Positions 10,266 through 21,489 of a DNA stretch of 57,196 bases are shown here, one piece after another. Location of the stretch: positions 1 to 57,196 of the forward strand of contig JANWXJ010000255.1 in assembly GCA_025055335.1 (NCBI GenBank). Direction: 5' to 3'. A model generated the notes under the pieces. The model made no database searches, was not told where the DNA came from, and worked only from the letters and a program-made list of their open reading frames with translations. Numbering within the stretch: the stretch's first letter is position 1; the number at the start of each line of letters is the position of its first letter. Made by a program: the position numbers and the translations under genes. The stretch is from Acetobacteraceae bacterium. Its GTDB lineage: Bacteria > Pseudomonadota > Alphaproteobacteria > Acetobacterales > Acetobacteraceae.

Positions 10266-11035
10266 GAAGCGGGGCGCTTTCCCGCGGCCTCGTGGTGGCG
10301 GCAGGGCTCGTGCTGCTGTGGCAGGCCTTCGTCTGGATCACCGCGGCGCCGCCCTTCCTTCTGCCCTCCCCCGGCCGTGTCGCGCTCGCGCTGTGGGACC
10401 GCGGAGACATCATCCTCGGCCATGCGGCGGTGACGCTGTCCGAGATCCTGGTCGGCCTCGGGCTCGGGGCGCTGGCGGGCGTGCTCGCCGCGCTCCTGCT
10501 CGCCGCCTTCGCCCAGGCGCGGCGCTGGCTGCTGCCGGTGCTGCTCGTGTCCCAGGCGGTCCCGGTCTTCGCCATCGCGCCGCTGCTGACGCTCTGGCTC
10601 GGCTTCGGAATGGCGAGCAAGGTTGCGATGGCGGCGATCATCATCTTCTTCCCCGTCGCCTCCGCGTTCCTGGATGGCCTCCGCCGCACCGACCCCGGCT
10701 GGCTCGAGCTTGCGCGCAGCATGGGCGCCTCCCGCGCCGCCATCCTGTTCCGCCTGCGCGTGCCGGCGGCGCTGCCAGCGCTGGCGTCCGGCCTGCGCGT
10801 GGCCACCGCCGTCGCGCCGATCGGCGCGGTGGTCGGCGAATGGGTCGGCGCCTCCGCGGGTCTCGGGTTCCTCATGCTGCACGCCAACGCCCGCAGCCAG
10901 GCGGATGTGATGTTCGCGGCGCTCGCCGTGCTCGCCGCCATCGCTCTCGCCCTGTGGTTCGCGATGGACGCGCTGCTGCGCGCCGCGATCCCCTGGAGCC
11001 GGGAGACCTTCCCCGACGAGGAGACACAGCCATGA
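10262..11035 (+). CDS. ABC transporter permease (ThiX-like)
   Basis: Hydrophobic; LARSMGASR (EAA loop), GAVVGEW; ATGA overlap with ATPase. Confidence 0.9.
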   Translation: MRSGALSRGLVVAAGLVLLWQAFVWITAAPPFLLPSPGRVALALWDRGDIILGHAAVTLSEILVGLGLGALAGVLAALLLAAFAQARRWLLPVLLVSQAVPVFAIAPLLTLWLGFGMASKVAMAAIIIFFPVASAFLDGLRRTDPGWLELARSMGASRAAILFRLRVPAALPALASGLRVATAVAPIGAVVGEWVGASAGLGFLMLHANARSQADVMFAALAVLAAIALALWFAMDALLRAAIPWSRETFPDEETQP

Positions 11036-12009
11036 CGGAAATCACCCGCCGCGCCTTGCCCGCCCTCGCCTCCCTGCTGCTGCCGGGCGCCGCCGCGGCT
11101 CAGACCGCCGCTCCGGCGACGACGGGGCGGCTGACGCTGATGCTCGACTGGTTCGTCAACCCGGACCACGCGCCGATCATCGTGGCGGAGGAGGCGGGCA
11201 TCTTCCGCGCCGCGGGGCTTGAGGTGCGGATCGTCGCGCCCGCCGATCCGAACGAGCCGCCGCGCCTCGTCGCCGCCCGGCAGGCGGACATCGGCGTGTA
11301 CTACCAGAAGAACCTGCATCTCGCGGTGGACCAGGGGCTGCCGCTGCTGCGCGTCGGCACCCTCGTCGGCACGCCGCTCTCCACCGTGACGGTGCTGCGC
11401 GACGGCCCCATCCGCACGCCCGCCGACCTGCGCGGCCGCACCATCGGCTACTCGGTGGCGGGGTTCGAGGAGGTGATCCTGAACGCGATGCTCGCGCCGC
11501 ATGGCATGAGCGTGCGCGACGTCCGGCTGGTGGCGGTGAACTTCGCGCTGTCGTCGGCGCTGATGTCGGGGCAGGTGGATGCGATCATCGGCGGCTTCCG
11601 CAACTTCGAACTCCACCAGCTCGACATCGAGAACCGCCCGGGGCGCGCCTTCTACCCCGAGCAGCACGGGCTGCCGATCTACGACGAGCTGATCTACGTC
11701 GCCCACCGCGACCGCGCGCGCGACCCGCTGATCCGCCGCTTCCTCGATGCGATCGAGACCGCGACGGCCTTCCTCGTGAACAACCCCGACGAAGCGTGGC
11801 GCATGTTCATCGCAGGGCCGCGCCGCGAACTGGATAACGAGTTGAACCGCCGGGCCTGGGGCAGCACCATCACGCGCTTCGCCCATTCGCCGGCGGCGCT
11901 CGACCAGAACCGCTACGCGCGCTTCGCCCGCTTCCTCCACGAGCGGCGGATGATCCGGAGCATCCCGCCGCTCGAACGCTACGCGGTCGAGGTGCCCCCG
12001 GCGGCGTGA
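11032..12009 (+). CDS. NMT1/THI5-like substrate-binding protein (ThiY-like)
   Basis: Tat-like signal ITRRAL, LDWFVNPDHAP, GGFRNFE, PIYDEL. Confidence 0.9.
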   Translation: MTEITRRALPALASLLLPGAAAAQTAAPATTGRLTLMLDWFVNPDHAPIIVAEEAGIFRAAGLEVRIVAPADPNEPPRLVAARQADIGVYYQKNLHLAVDQGLPLLRVGTLVGTPLSTVTVLRDGPIRTPADLRGRTIGYSVAGFEEVILNAMLAPHGMSVRDVRLVAVNFALSSALMSGQVDAIIGGFRNFELHQLDIENRPGRAFYPEQHGLPIYDELIYVAHRDRARDPLIRRFLDAIETATAFLVNNPDEAWRMFIAGPRRELDNELNRRAWGSTITRFAHSPAALDQNRYARFARFLHERRMIRSIPPLERYAVEVPPAA

Positions 12010-12015
12010 GGCGCC

Positions 12016-14226
12016 TCAGCCGCTGAACGGGCGCCCCTTCGGCAGCCCGTGCGGCGGCGCCTTCCCCGCGCCCGCGCGGTTGCCGCGCCAGGGGGTGATG
12101 TCGGTCTCGGTGCGGATGCGGGCACCCTGCTTCCAGGAAAGGCCGTCCGCCTTGCGGAACACCGTCACGTCGGCCATGCCGCCGTCCCGGTAGCCCTGCA
12201 GCGCGACGCCGCGGCCGCGCGCCATCTCCGGCACCTGCTCGAGCGGGAAGACCAGCAGCTTCCGGTTCTCCCCGAGGGCCGCCACCATGTCGCCCTCGGC
12301 CGGGATGCAGGCGATGGCGCGCGCTGGCGGCTCCACCAGCAGCACCTGCCTGCCGGTGCGCTTCTCGGCGAGCAGCGAGTCGGCGGCGGCAAGGAAGCCC
12401 CTGCCGTCGCTGGCGGCAAGCAGGAAGCGCTGGCCCTCGCGTGCGACGAACAGCGCGATCGGCTCGTCCTCGGGCGGGAGATCGATCAGCATCCGCAGCG
12501 GCTGCCCGTCGCCGCGGCCGCGCGGGATGGCATCGGCCTTGATCGTGTAGGCGCGGCCGTTGGAGGCGAAGAGCGTGAGACGATCGAGCGTGTCGCAGCG
12601 GAGAAGGAACTTCGGCCCGTCACCCTCCTTGAAGCGCAGTTCCGCATCGTCCGGAAGGTGCCCCTTCTGCGCGCGTATCCAGCCCTTCTCGGAGAGGATC
12701 ACGGTGATCGGCTCGCGCTCGACGAAGGCGCTTGCGTCGATCGCTACGGGGACCGGCGCGGCCTCGATGGCGGTGCGGCGGGCATCGCCGTGCCTCGCCG
12801 CGGCGGCCTCGATGTCCTCGGCGATCCGCGCCCAGCGCCGCCGCTCGTCCTTGAGCAGCGCCTCGAGCCCCTTGCGCTCGGCGGAAAGACGCTTGTGCTC
12901 GCGCCGGATCTCCATCTCCTCGAGCCTGCGCAAGGACCGCAGCCGCATCTCCAGGATCGCCTCCGCCTGCGCGGGTGTGAGGCCGAAGGCCGCGATCAGC
13001 GCCTCCTTCGGCTTGTCCTCCTCGCGGACGATGCGGATCACCTCGTCGAGGTTGAGATAGACGGTCAGGAAGCCGTCGAGGATCTCGAGCCGCTTGCCGA
13101 CCTGCGCGAGGCGATGGGTGGAGGTGCGCACCAGCACCTCGTGCCGGTGGTCGAGCCAGGCGCGCAGCACGTCCTTCAGGCCCATCACCCGCGGCGTGCG
13201 GTCGGGCTCGAGCACGTTCATGTTGAGCGGGAAGCGGATCTCGAGCGCGGTGGTGCGGAACAGGCTCTCCATCAGCACCGCGGGCTCGACGCTGCGGGAT
13301 TTCGGCTCGAGCAGGATGCGCACCTTCTCCGCGCTCTCGTCCCGCACATCGGCCAGCAGAGGCAGCTTCTTCTGCTCCAGCGCCTCGGCGATCTGCTCGA
13401 TCAGGCGCGACTTCTGCACCTGGTAGGGGATCTCGGTGACGACGATCCGATACCCCCCGCCCTTCTGCCGCTCCACCTCCCAGCGGGCGCGCAGGCGGAA
13501 GCCGCCGCGGCCGGTCTCGTAGGCGGCGGCGATCGCCTCGGGCGGCTCGACCAGCACGCCGCCCGTCGGGAAATCCGGCCCGGGCAGATGGGCCATCAGC
13601 TCGCGCGCCGTCGCCTCCGGATGGCGGATCAGGTGCAGCGCCGCGCGGCAGAGCTCGCCCACATTGTGCGGCGGGATCGAGGTGGCCATGCCGACGGCGA
13701 TGCCCGATGCGCCGTTCGCCAGCAGGTTCGGCACCGCGGCCGGAAGAACCACCGGCTCGCGGTCCTCGCCGTCGTAGGTGGGGCGGAAGTCCACGGCGTC
13801 CGCATCGAGCCCATCGAGCAGCGCGACGGCGAAGGGTGTGAGGCGCGCTTCCGTGTAGCGCATGGCCGCGGCGTTGTCGCCGTCGATGTTGCCGAAGTTC
13901 CCCTGCCCCTCCACCAGCGGATAGCGCGCGGCGAAATCCTGCGCGAGCCTGACCAGCGCCTCGTACACCGAGGCGTCGCCATGCGGATGGTATTTGCCGA
14001 TCACGTCGCCGACGACGCGGGCGCATTTCTTGAAGCCGCCCTCCGGGTCGAGCTTGAGCTGCCGCATCGCCCACAGCACGCGGCGGTGCACGGGCTTCAG
14101 CCCGTCGCGCACATCGGGCAGGGAACGGGCGGTGATGGTGGAGAGAGCGTAGGCGAGATAGCGCTGCGACAGCGCCTCCGTCAGGCGCGTGTCGCGGATC
14201 TCGCCGCCCTCGGTCTCGGTCGCCAT
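12016..14226 (-). CDS. parC: DNA topoisomerase IV subunit A
   Basis: RSLPDVRDGLKPVHRR, KYHPHGD, AAAMRYTE; short CTD without GyrA box. Confidence 0.95.
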   Translation of the reverse strand: MATETEGGEIRDTRLTEALSQRYLAYALSTITARSLPDVRDGLKPVHRRVLWAMRQLKLDPEGGFKKCARVVGDVIGKYHPHGDASVYEALVRLAQDFAARYPLVEGQGNFGNIDGDNAAAMRYTEARLTPFAVALLDGLDADAVDFRPTYDGEDREPVVLPAAVPNLLANGASGIAVGMATSIPPHNVGELCRAALHLIRHPEATARELMAHLPGPDFPTGGVLVEPPEAIAAAYETGRGGFRLRARWEVERQKGGGYRIVVTEIPYQVQKSRLIEQIAEALEQKKLPLLADVRDESAEKVRILLEPKSRSVEPAVLMESLFRTTALEIRFPLNMNVLEPDRTPRVMGLKDVLRAWLDHRHEVLVRTSTHRLAQVGKRLEILDGFLTVYLNLDEVIRIVREEDKPKEALIAAFGLTPAQAEAILEMRLRSLRRLEEMEIRREHKRLSAERKGLEALLKDERRRWARIAEDIEAAAARHGDARRTAIEAAPVPVAIDASAFVEREPITVILSEKGWIRAQKGHLPDDAELRFKEGDGPKFLLRCDTLDRLTLFASNGRAYTIKADAIPRGRGDGQPLRMLIDLPPEDEPIALFVAREGQRFLLAASDGRGFLAAADSLLAEKRTGRQVLLVEPPARAIACIPAEGDMVAALGENRKLLVFPLEQVPEMARGRGVALQGYRDGGMADVTVFRKADGLSWKQGARIRTETDITPWRGNRAGAGKAPPHGLPKGRPFSG

Positions 14227-14286
14227 GCTGCGATTCGCGGTCCTGCTGCGTTCCGGCGAGGCGCTAGCAGAGCCGCCCCCCGACCG

Positions 14287-15033
14287 TCATCCCCCGCCTT
14301 CGACGATGGCGGCAAGCCTGTCCTGCAGCCGCTGCCGCGCATCCGGCAGGGCGCGATGCGTGGCGGCGAACAGGCGCTTCTCGAGGAAATGGCCGGTCAG
14401 CCGCAGCCCAGCGAGCCAGTCCTGCGGCTCCCCCGGATCGCCCTCCTGCAGCAGGAAGGGCGGCAGCACGAGCAGACGGTCGAGGTAGTGCACCGCCGCG
14501 CGCATGGAGACGGCGCGGCCCGATCTCGGCGAGACATGGGTGAGATCCCGCGTCTCCCCCGTCGCCGCGCAGGCCGAGAGGTCGAGGCCGTAGCCGAGCT
14601 CGGCCAGCAGCAGCGCCTCCCAGCGCACGAGGTCGGCGAACACCTCCTCCGGCCCCTGCACGAGCCGCGCCAGGATGGAGACGAGGCCACAGAACACCGC
14701 CGGATGCGCCTCCCGCTCCGGCAGGGCGGCCTCGGCCAGCGCGGTGGCGGAAGAGAGCAGCGCGAGCGCCAGCGGATCCTCCATCGCGAGCGCCGCCGTC
14801 GCGTGCACGAGTTCCCCGGCCAGCGCGCCGAGCTGCTCGGGCAGCCGCGCGAGCCAGCGCGCCTCCACGAGGTTGCCCGCCTGCCAAAGCGCCGCCTGCG
14901 CCCGGGATGCGCCGCCCTTCGCCAGGCCGGCATGGCGGCCATAGGCTTCCGTCAACAGCGTGACGAGGGCGGCGCCCTCGCCATAGGGACGGGCGGACAG
15001 CACGACGGCCGGCGCCTGCCACTCGACCGGCAC
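14287..15033 (-). CDS. recO: DNA repair protein RecO
   Basis: RPYGEG, GRHAGL, ELGYGLDLSACAATG..VSPRSGRAVS; follows era. Confidence 0.93.
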   Translation of the reverse strand: MPVEWQAPAVVLSARPYGEGAALVTLLTEAYGRHAGLAKGGASRAQAALWQAGNLVEARWLARLPEQLGALAGELVHATAALAMEDPLALALLSSATALAEAALPEREAHPAVFCGLVSILARLVQGPEEVFADLVRWEALLLAELGYGLDLSACAATGETRDLTHVSPRSGRAVSMRAAVHYLDRLLVLPPFLLQEGDPGEPQDWLAGLRLTGHFLEKRLFAATHRALPDARQRLQDRLAAIVEGGG

Positions 15034-15040
15034 GGCGGGG

Positions 15041-15934
15041 CTACTCCGGATCCTCGAGTCCGAGGGCGCGGATGCGCCCGCGTTCCTCGTCCCAGCCCGG
15101 GCGGTCCTTGACGTTGAGGAAGAGGTGCACGGGCCGCCCGAGCAGCGCCGTGAGTTCGGCCCGGGCGCGGCGGCCGATCTCCTTGATCTTCGCCCCCTTC
15201 TCGCCGATCAGGATCGCCTTCTGGCCGGGGCGGGAGACGTAGACCGTGCAGTCCACCCGCACGCTGCCGTCCTCGCGCTCCTGCCAGGATTCCGTCTCGA
15301 CGCTCGCATGGTGCGGCACCTCCTCGTGCGTCAGGCGCAGGATCTGCTCGCGCACGATCTCGGCGGCGAGCATGCGGTCCGGCAGGTCGGACAGCTCGTC
15401 CTCCGGGAACAGGTACGGGCCTTCCGGCATCGCCTCGGCCAGCCGGTCGAGCAGGCGGTCCACGCCGTCGCCCGTCTCGGCGCTGACCATGAAGGTCTCG
15501 CGGAAGGGGGCGAGCGCCGTGATCTCGGCCGCGAGAGGCAGCAGCCGCTCGCGCGGGATGAGGTCGATCTTGTTCAGCACGAGCCACAGCGGCACCCGCC
15601 CCGAGGCGAGCCGCGCGAGGATCTCCCGCACCGGTTCCGTCAGGCCGGCCCGGGAGTCGACGACGAGGCAGTCGAGATCCGCATCCTGCGCCCCGCCCCA
15701 GGCGGCGGCGACCATGGCGCGATCCAGCCGCCGGCGCGGGCGGAAGATGCCGGGCGTGTCGGTCAGGATGATCTGCGCCTCGCCCCGCATCACCACCGCG
15801 CGGATGCGGAAGCGTGTCGTCTGCGGCTTGGGCGAGACGATCGTCACCTTGGCGCCGGCGAGGCGGTTCACCAGCGTGGATTTGCCGGCGTTGGGCGCGC
15901 CGAGCACGGCGACGGTGCCGCAGCGGGTCGTCAT
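15041..15934 (-). CDS. era: GTPase Era
   Basis: GAPNAGKST, QTTR, DTPG, NKID, KH domain; start at ATG 15934. Confidence 0.96.
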   Translation of the reverse strand: MTTRCGTVAVLGAPNAGKSTLVNRLAGAKVTIVSPKPQTTRFRIRAVVMRGEAQIILTDTPGIFRPRRRLDRAMVAAAWGGAQDADLDCLVVDSRAGLTEPVREILARLASGRVPLWLVLNKIDLIPRERLLPLAAEITALAPFRETFMVSAETGDGVDRLLDRLAEAMPEGPYLFPEDELSDLPDRMLAAEIVREQILRLTHEEVPHHASVETESWQEREDGSVRVDCTVYVSRPGQKAILIGEKGAKIKEIGRRARAELTALLGRPVHLFLNVKDRPGWDEERGRIRALGLEDPE

Positions 15935-16602
15935 GCCGCGTCCTCCGCCTCGAGCCAGGCCTGCGCCGCCGCCTGCTGCGCCGCCTGCTTGCTCTCGCCG
16001 CTTCCCTGCGCGCTGCGTCCGGCGGCCACGACCTCGACGGTGAAGAGCGGCCGGTGGTCCGGCCCCTCGGCCGACAGCAGCCGGTATTCCGGCAGCGGCA
16101 GCCCGCGCCCGAGCAGGTATTCCTGGAGGCGGGACTTGGCGTTGACGGGCGGCGTCGGGTCGGCCGCGATGCGGGCGGCCCATTCCGCGCGGACGAAGCG
16201 GCGCGCAGCCTCCAGCCCGCCATCGAGGTAGAGCGCGCCGATCACCGCCTCGGTGGCGTCGGCCAGCACGTTCTGCCCGGCGCGCAGCCCGGCCTTGCCG
16301 CCTGCCTTCTCGACCCGCAGCGCCTCGCCGAGGCCGAGCGCGGCGCCGATCTCGGCCAGAACCGGAGCGGAGACCAGCACCGACAGCCGCCGCCCGAGCG
16401 CCCCTTCCCGCTCCTTCGGGAAGCGCTCGACAAGCCACTCCGCGATCAGGAGGCCGAGCACGCGGTCGCCGAGGAACTCCAGCCGCTCGTTGGAGGCGAG
16501 GCCGCCGCGCCCGGCCGCCGAGCGGTGCGTCAGCGCGCGGTCGAGCAGCGCCGGGTCGCGGAAGCTGTGGCCGATGCGGGCGGCGATCGCCGCGTCCGTC
16601 AT
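15931..16602 (-). CDS. rnc: Ribonuclease III
   Basis: NERLEFLGDRVLG, ADATEAVIGALYLDGG, C-terminal dsRBD. Confidence 0.96.
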   Translation of the reverse strand: MTDAAIAARIGHSFRDPALLDRALTHRSAAGRGGLASNERLEFLGDRVLGLLIAEWLVERFPKEREGALGRRLSVLVSAPVLAEIGAALGLGEALRVEKAGGKAGLRAGQNVLADATEAVIGALYLDGGLEAARRFVRAEWAARIAADPTPPVNAKSRLQEYLLGRGLPLPEYRLLSAEGPDHRPLFTVEVVAAGRSAQGSGESKQAAQQAAAQAWLEAEDAA

Positions 16603-17336
16603 CTCACCCCCATCAGCAGGCGGTTCCAGCGGATCGCGAAGGGCCAGGTCCAGGGCTGCCACCACACCGCCGTCTCGTCCACCGAGAAGAAGATGATCTC
16701 GGCCCGCCCGAGCAGGTTCTCGAGCGGGACGAAGCCGACAGCGCCCATCGCCCGCGAATCCAGGCTGTTGTCCCGGTTGTCGCCCATCACGAACACGTGG
16801 CCCGGGGGCACCAGGAACTCGGGGGTGTTGTCGAAGGCGCCGTCGTCCTGCATCTCCAGGATCTCGTGGCTGCGGCCGCCGGGCAGGATCTCGCGGTAGC
16901 GGCGCACCGTGATCCGCGGCCCGTCCCCCTCCACGGTGAAGGGGCCGAGGCTCTCGCGCCGCACCGGCTGGCCGTTGATGTGCAGGATGCCGCCGCGCAC
17001 CTGCACCCGATCACCGGGCAGGCCGATGATCCGCTTGATGTAGTCTGTCGCGTTGTCGCGCGGCAGCTTGAACACCGCGACATCCCCGCGTTCCGGCAGG
17101 CGGCCGAGGATGCGGCCTTCGAACAGGTTGGGGCTGAAGGGCAGAGAGTGGCGCGAATAGCCGTAGGAATACTTCGAGACGAACAGGTAGTCGCCGACCA
17201 GCAGCGTCGGGATCATGGAGCCCGAGGGGATGTTGAACGGCTCGAACGCCACCGTGCGTATGCCGACGGCGATCAGCGCCGCGTAGAGGATGGTCTTGAG
17301 GCTCTCGCCCCAGCCGCCGGACTGCTTGCGTGGCAT
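16599..17336 (-). CDS. lepB: Signal peptidase I
   Basis: IPSGSMIPTL, DYIKRIIGLPGD, MGDNRDNSLDSR. Confidence 0.96.
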   Translation of the reverse strand: MPRKQSGGWGESLKTILYAALIAVGIRTVAFEPFNIPSGSMIPTLLVGDYLFVSKYSYGYSRHSLPFSPNLFEGRILGRLPERGDVAVFKLPRDNATDYIKRIIGLPGDRVQVRGGILHINGQPVRRESLGPFTVEGDGPRITVRRYREILPGGRSHEILEMQDDGAFDNTPEFLVPPGHVFVMGDNRDNSLDSRAMGAVGFVPLENLLGRAEIIFFSVDETAVWWQPWTWPFAIRWNRLLMGVR

Positions 17337-17422
17337 GGTGGTGTTCGCGCCCCCGGTCTCACCCTGGCCGCGGGACGCGGCGGTTCAGGACGCGGCGGAT
17401 AGAGCGCGGCCCCCCCGCCCTG

Positions 17423-17830
17423 TCAAGGAAGCCGCACGGCGGTGATCATCACCACCGCCTGGGCGTAGGGCGGCTCGTCGGTCATGGTCAGCGCGATCTC
17501 GGCCGCATGGCCGGCAGGCGTGATGGCCGCAAGCCGCGCCGCCGCCCCGCCCGTGAGCCGGAGCGTCGGCCGGCCGGAGGAGAGGTTCACCACGCCGAGA
17601 TCCCGCCAGAACACCCCCTCGCTGAAGCCGGTGCCGAGCGCCTTGGCCGCCGCCTCCTTGGCCGCGAAGCGCCGGGCATAGGTGGCGATCCGCGCCCGCC
17701 CGCCGCGGCGTTCGGCCTTGGCGCGTTCCTCGCGCGTGAAGATGCGGTCGAGGAAGCGGTCGCCGTGGCGGGCGATGACGGCCTCGATGCGGCGGATGTC
17801 CACGATGTCGGAGCCGAGGCCGATGATCAT
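17423..17830 (-). CDS. acpS: Holo-[acyl-carrier-protein] synthase
   Basis: [26 protein letters not shown]. Confidence 0.95.
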   Translation of the reverse strand: MIIGLGSDIVDIRRIEAVIARHGDRFLDRIFTREERAKAERRGGRARIATYARRFAAKEAAAKALGTGFSEGVFWRDLGVVNLSSGRPTLRLTGGAAARLAAITPAGHAAEIALTMTDEPPYAQAVVMITAVRLP

Positions 17831-20088
17831 GCCCGGGCGCGCTCCACCTGCTCGATCCCCGGGCAGGCCCGCAAGGAGGCCATGATGCCGGCGAGGTGCC
17901 GGGTGTCCCGCACCTCCACATCCACCAGCAGCTCCGCCGAATCGCTGTGGCGCCCGACGAAGCGCACCGCCTGCAGGCGGCCTTCCTGCTTGGCGATGGC
18001 GAGCGTCAGCGCGGCGAGCGCGGTATCCTCGGCGTTGGTCACCACCGACAGCCGGCCGAGATGCGGCGTGCCCGCCGCCTCGGGATCCCACTCGATGTCG
18101 AGGAAGCGCTCGGGCGTGGAGGCGAAGGCCTCGAGGTTGTGGCAGTCCGCCTTGTGGACCGTTACACCGCGCCCGGTGGTGACGATGCCGACGATCCGGT
18201 CCCCCGGCACGGGGTGGCAGCAGCCGGCGAAATGCACGACCATCCCGGAGATGAGGCCGGCGATCCCGTGGCTCGCCTCCCGCCGGGCGGAGGACACAGG
18301 CACCGTCGCGCCAGGCTTGCCGCGCGCGCGCGTCAGCGCCGTGGCGTCGAGCGGACGGGCGGGGCCGCGCAGTTCGGGGAAGGCGGCCAGCACCACCTCC
18401 TTCGGCCCGATCTGCCCCTGGCCGACGGCGGCGTAGAGATCCTCGAGGCTCGCCTGCTTCAGCGGCTTCAGCGCGGGTTCCAGGAGCTTCTCGGCAAAGT
18501 CTATCCCCTCGGCGCGGAACGCCTTGACGATCGCGCTGCGGCCCTCGAGGCGCGCCTGCTCGCGCTGGCGGGCCAGCACGAAGCGGCGGATGCGCGCCCG
18601 CGCCTTGCCGGTGACGACGAAGCGCTCCCATGCCGGATTGGGCGTGCCGCCGCGGGCGGTGATGATCTCGACCTGGTCGCCGTTCTCGAGCTGGTGGCGC
18701 AGCGGCACGATCCGGCCGTTGATCTTGGCGCCCACGCAGGAATCGCCCACCTCGGAGTGCACCTCGTAGGCGAAGTCCACCGGGGTCGCGCCGCGCGGCA
18801 GCGCGATCAGGTCTCCCTTCGGGGTGAAGCAGAACACCTGGTCGCGATGCAGCTCGAGCTTGGTGTGCTCGAGGAACTCCTGCGGCTCGCTCGCGTGGTC
18901 GAGGATCTCGAGCAGCGCCTTCACCCAGGGGTAGCGGGTGCGGTCGCGCGCCGCCGCCTCGCCCTGCTTGTAGATCCAGTGCGCCGCGACGCCGAGCTCG
19001 GCCACCTCGTGCATCTCGGGGGTGCGGATCTGCACCTCGATCTTGGCGTTGCGCTTCTCCGGCACCGTCACGCCGGTGTGCAGGCTCTGGTAGCCGTTCG
19101 GCTTCGGGGTCGAGATGTAGTCTTTGAAGCGGCCGGGAACCACGCGGTAGGCCGAGTGCACGGCGCCGAGCGCGGCGTAGCAGGCGGCCTTGTCCGGCAC
19201 GATCACGCGGAAGGCCATGATGTCCGAGAGCTGCTCGAACTCGACCTTCTTCTCGTGCATCTTGAGCCAGATGGAGTAGGGCGACTTCTCGCGCCCCGTC
19301 ACCTCGATCGCCTGCACCCCGGCCTCGGTGACGACGCGGCGGATGTCCTCGCGGATCTCCTCGATCAGGTCCGCCCCCTGGCCGCGCAGGAAGGCAAGGC
19401 GGGCGGTGATCGTCTGGTACGCGTCGGGCTGCAGCTCGCGGAAGGCAAGCGTCTCGAGCTCGGTCTTCAGCGCCTCCATGCCGATGCGCTCGGCCAGCGG
19501 GGCGAAGATCTCGATCGTCTCGCGCGCCGTCTTCTTCCTCCGCTCCGGCTGCGGCACGTGGTGCAGCGTGCGCATGTTGTGCAGCCGGTCGGCGAGCTTG
19601 ACGAGCAGGACGCGGATGTCCTCGCTCATCGCCAGCACGAGCTTGCGGAAGTTCTCCGCCTGCTTGGTGCGTTCCGACTGCAGCTCGAGGCGCGTCAGCT
19701 TCGTCACGCCGTCCACGAGCTTCGCCACGTCGGGTCCGAACTCGGCCTCGAGCTCCTTCAGCCCGAGCCCGGTGTCCTCCACCGTGTCGTGCAGCAGGGC
19801 GGTGGCGATGGTGGCCGCATCGAGCCGGTAGCCGGCGAGGATCTTCGCGACCGCGACGGGGTGCGTGAAATAGGGCTCGCCGTTCTCCCGCGTCTGGCCT
19901 TCGTGGGCGCGCTGCGCGGCGGCGTAGGCGCGCAGGATCAGGCTGCGGTCGGCGCGCGGGTCGTAGGAGGTGACGTCGGCGGCGAGGGCTTCCGCCTCGG
20001 TCGGCCCTGCGGCCGGCCGCGCCGCGCCCCGCCCCCCCTCCGGGGCGCGGCTCGCCGCCCGGAAGAGGCGGGGCGCGCCCTCGGCCAT
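17827..20088 (-). CDS. spoT: Bifunctional (p)ppGpp synthetase/hydrolase (RelA/SpoT)
   Basis: [11 protein letters not shown] motif, [24 protein letters not shown] domain, [11 protein letters not shown] domain. Confidence 0.95.
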   Translation of the reverse strand: MAEGAPRLFRAASRAPEGGRGAARPAAGPTEAEALAADVTSYDPRADRSLILRAYAAAQRAHEGQTRENGEPYFTHPVAVAKILAGYRLDAATIATALLHDTVEDTGLGLKELEAEFGPDVAKLVDGVTKLTRLELQSERTKQAENFRKLVLAMSEDIRVLLVKLADRLHNMRTLHHVPQPERRKKTARETIEIFAPLAERIGMEALKTELETLAFRELQPDAYQTITARLAFLRGQGADLIEEIREDIRRVVTEAGVQAIEVTGREKSPYSIWLKMHEKKVEFEQLSDIMAFRVIVPDKAACYAALGAVHSAYRVVPGRFKDYISTPKPNGYQSLHTGVTVPEKRNAKIEVQIRTPEMHEVAELGVAAHWIYKQGEAAARDRTRYPWVKALLEILDHASEPQEFLEHTKLELHRDQVFCFTPKGDLIALPRGATPVDFAYEVHSEVGDSCVGAKINGRIVPLRHQLENGDQVEIITARGGTPNPAWERFVVTGKARARIRRFVLARQREQARLEGRSAIVKAFRAEGIDFAEKLLEPALKPLKQASLEDLYAAVGQGQIGPKEVVLAAFPELRGPARPLDATALTRARGKPGATVPVSSARREASHGIAGLISGMVVHFAGCCHPVPGDRIVGIVTTGRGVTVHKADCHNLEAFASTPERFLDIEWDPEAAGTPHLGRLSVVTNAEDTALAALTLAIAKQEGRLQAVRFVGRHSDSAELLVDVEVRDTRHLAGIMASLRACPGIEQVERARA

Positions 20089-20095
20089 GGCTGCC

Positions 20096-20476
20096 TCAGT
20101 CCTTGCCGCCGAGCTCGGCGGCGATGGCGGCTTCCATCTCCTCGGGCGTCAGGCCCTCGGCGGCGCCTTCCTCGGCGACATCCATGACGCCGAAGATGTT
20201 CTCGTCGGTGGCGATCAGGTCGATCACCTCCTCCTCGACCGGCTCCGGCTCCGGCGCGCGCAGCTGCGCCTTGATCAGGTCGGCCTCGAGCGCGGCGAGA
20301 TCCACCGTGCCTTCGGCGATCTCGCGCAGGGCGACGACCGGGTTCTTGTCGTTGTCCCGCTCGACCGTGAGTTCCTCGCCGCGGCTGATGTTGCGCGCGC
20401 GCTGGGCGGCGAGCAGCACGAGCTCGAAGCGGTTCGGAACCCGGAGGATGCAGTCTTCGACCGTGACGCGGGCCAT
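20096..20476 (-). CDS. rpoZ: RNA polymerase omega subunit
   Basis: [35 protein letters not shown]. Confidence 0.97.
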   Translation of the reverse strand: MARVTVEDCILRVPNRFELVLLAAQRARNISRGEELTVERDNDKNPVVALREIAEGTVDLAALEADLIKAQLRAPEPEPVEEEVIDLIATDENIFGVMDVAEEGAAEGLTPEEMEAAIAAELGGKD

Positions 20477-20592
20477 GGCAATCCTGTGCGATGCGGCGGA
20501 ACCCGTCAGATAGCCACGGGGGGCCGTTTCCGCAAGTGCGAAGCGCCCCGCCCCCCTTGCGCCGCAGGCGGGGCCGTCGCACCTCCCGCGGC

Positions 20593-21489
20593 ATGGACGA
20601 CACGCCCCTGCTTGTTCAGCCCGACCCGGCCGACCCGCGCCTGACCCGGCGCGTGACCGGGATGGACCAGTCCGGACAGCCTGTCGAGTCGAGCGTGACG
20701 GTCGAGCGCCCCCTCACCCTCTACCTCAACGGGCAGGAGATCGTCACCATGATGACGATCCTGGACCGCCCCGAGGATCTCGCCCTCGGCTACCTGCTGA
20801 ACCAGGGGATGCTGCCTTCGGCGGATGGTGTCACGGGGATCGACTACGACGAGGATCTCGGCGTCGTCGTCGTCCGCACCCGGGAGAGGACGGACTTCGA
20901 ACAGAAGCTGAAGAAGAAGACGCTCACCTCCGGCTGCGCCCAGGGCACCGCCTTCGGCGACCTGATGGAGGGCTTCGCCCAGGTCCGCCTCAACCCCGAG
21001 GCGGTGATCCGCACCTCCTGGCTGTACCGCCTGCTGCACCGGATCAACACCCTTCCCAGCCTCTATCTCGAGGCCGGGGCGATCCATGGCTGCGCGCTGT
21101 GCGAGGGGGATCGCCCCCTCGTCTACATGGAGGATGTCGGCCGCCACAACGCGGTGGACAAGATCGCCGGCTGGATGGCCCGCAACGGCGTGCGGGGAGA
21201 CGACAAGATCTTCTACACCACCGGCCGGCTCACCTCGGAGATGGTGATCAAGACGGTGCGCATGGGCATCCCCATCCTCGTCTCGCGCTCGGGCTTCACC
21301 GCCTGGGGCGTGGATCTCGCCCGCGAGGCGAACCTGACGCTGATCGGCCGCTGCAAGGGCAAGCGCTTCCTTGCGCTGGCGGGCGAGGGGCGGATCGTGT
21401 TCGACGCCGACCTCTCCTATGTGCCCGAGGAATCCGCGAAGCACTGGCGGAAGAACAGCCGCGAGGCGGAAGCCGCCGATGCGGGCTGA
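20593..21489 (+). CDS. fdhD: Formate dehydrogenase accessory sulfurtransferase
   Basis: [36 protein letters not shown]. Confidence 0.93.
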   Translation: MDDTPLLVQPDPADPRLTRRVTGMDQSGQPVESSVTVERPLTLYLNGQEIVTMMTILDRPEDLALGYLLNQGMLPSADGVTGIDYDEDLGVVVVRTRERTDFEQKLKKKTLTSGCAQGTAFGDLMEGFAQVRLNPEAVIRTSWLYRLLHRINTLPSLYLEAGAIHGCALCEGDRPLVYMEDVGRHNAVDKIAGWMARNGVRGDDKIFYTTGRLTSEMVIKTVRMGIPILVSRSGFTAWGVDLAREANLTLIGRCKGKRFLALAGEGRIVFDADLSYVPEESAKHWRKNSREAEAADAG

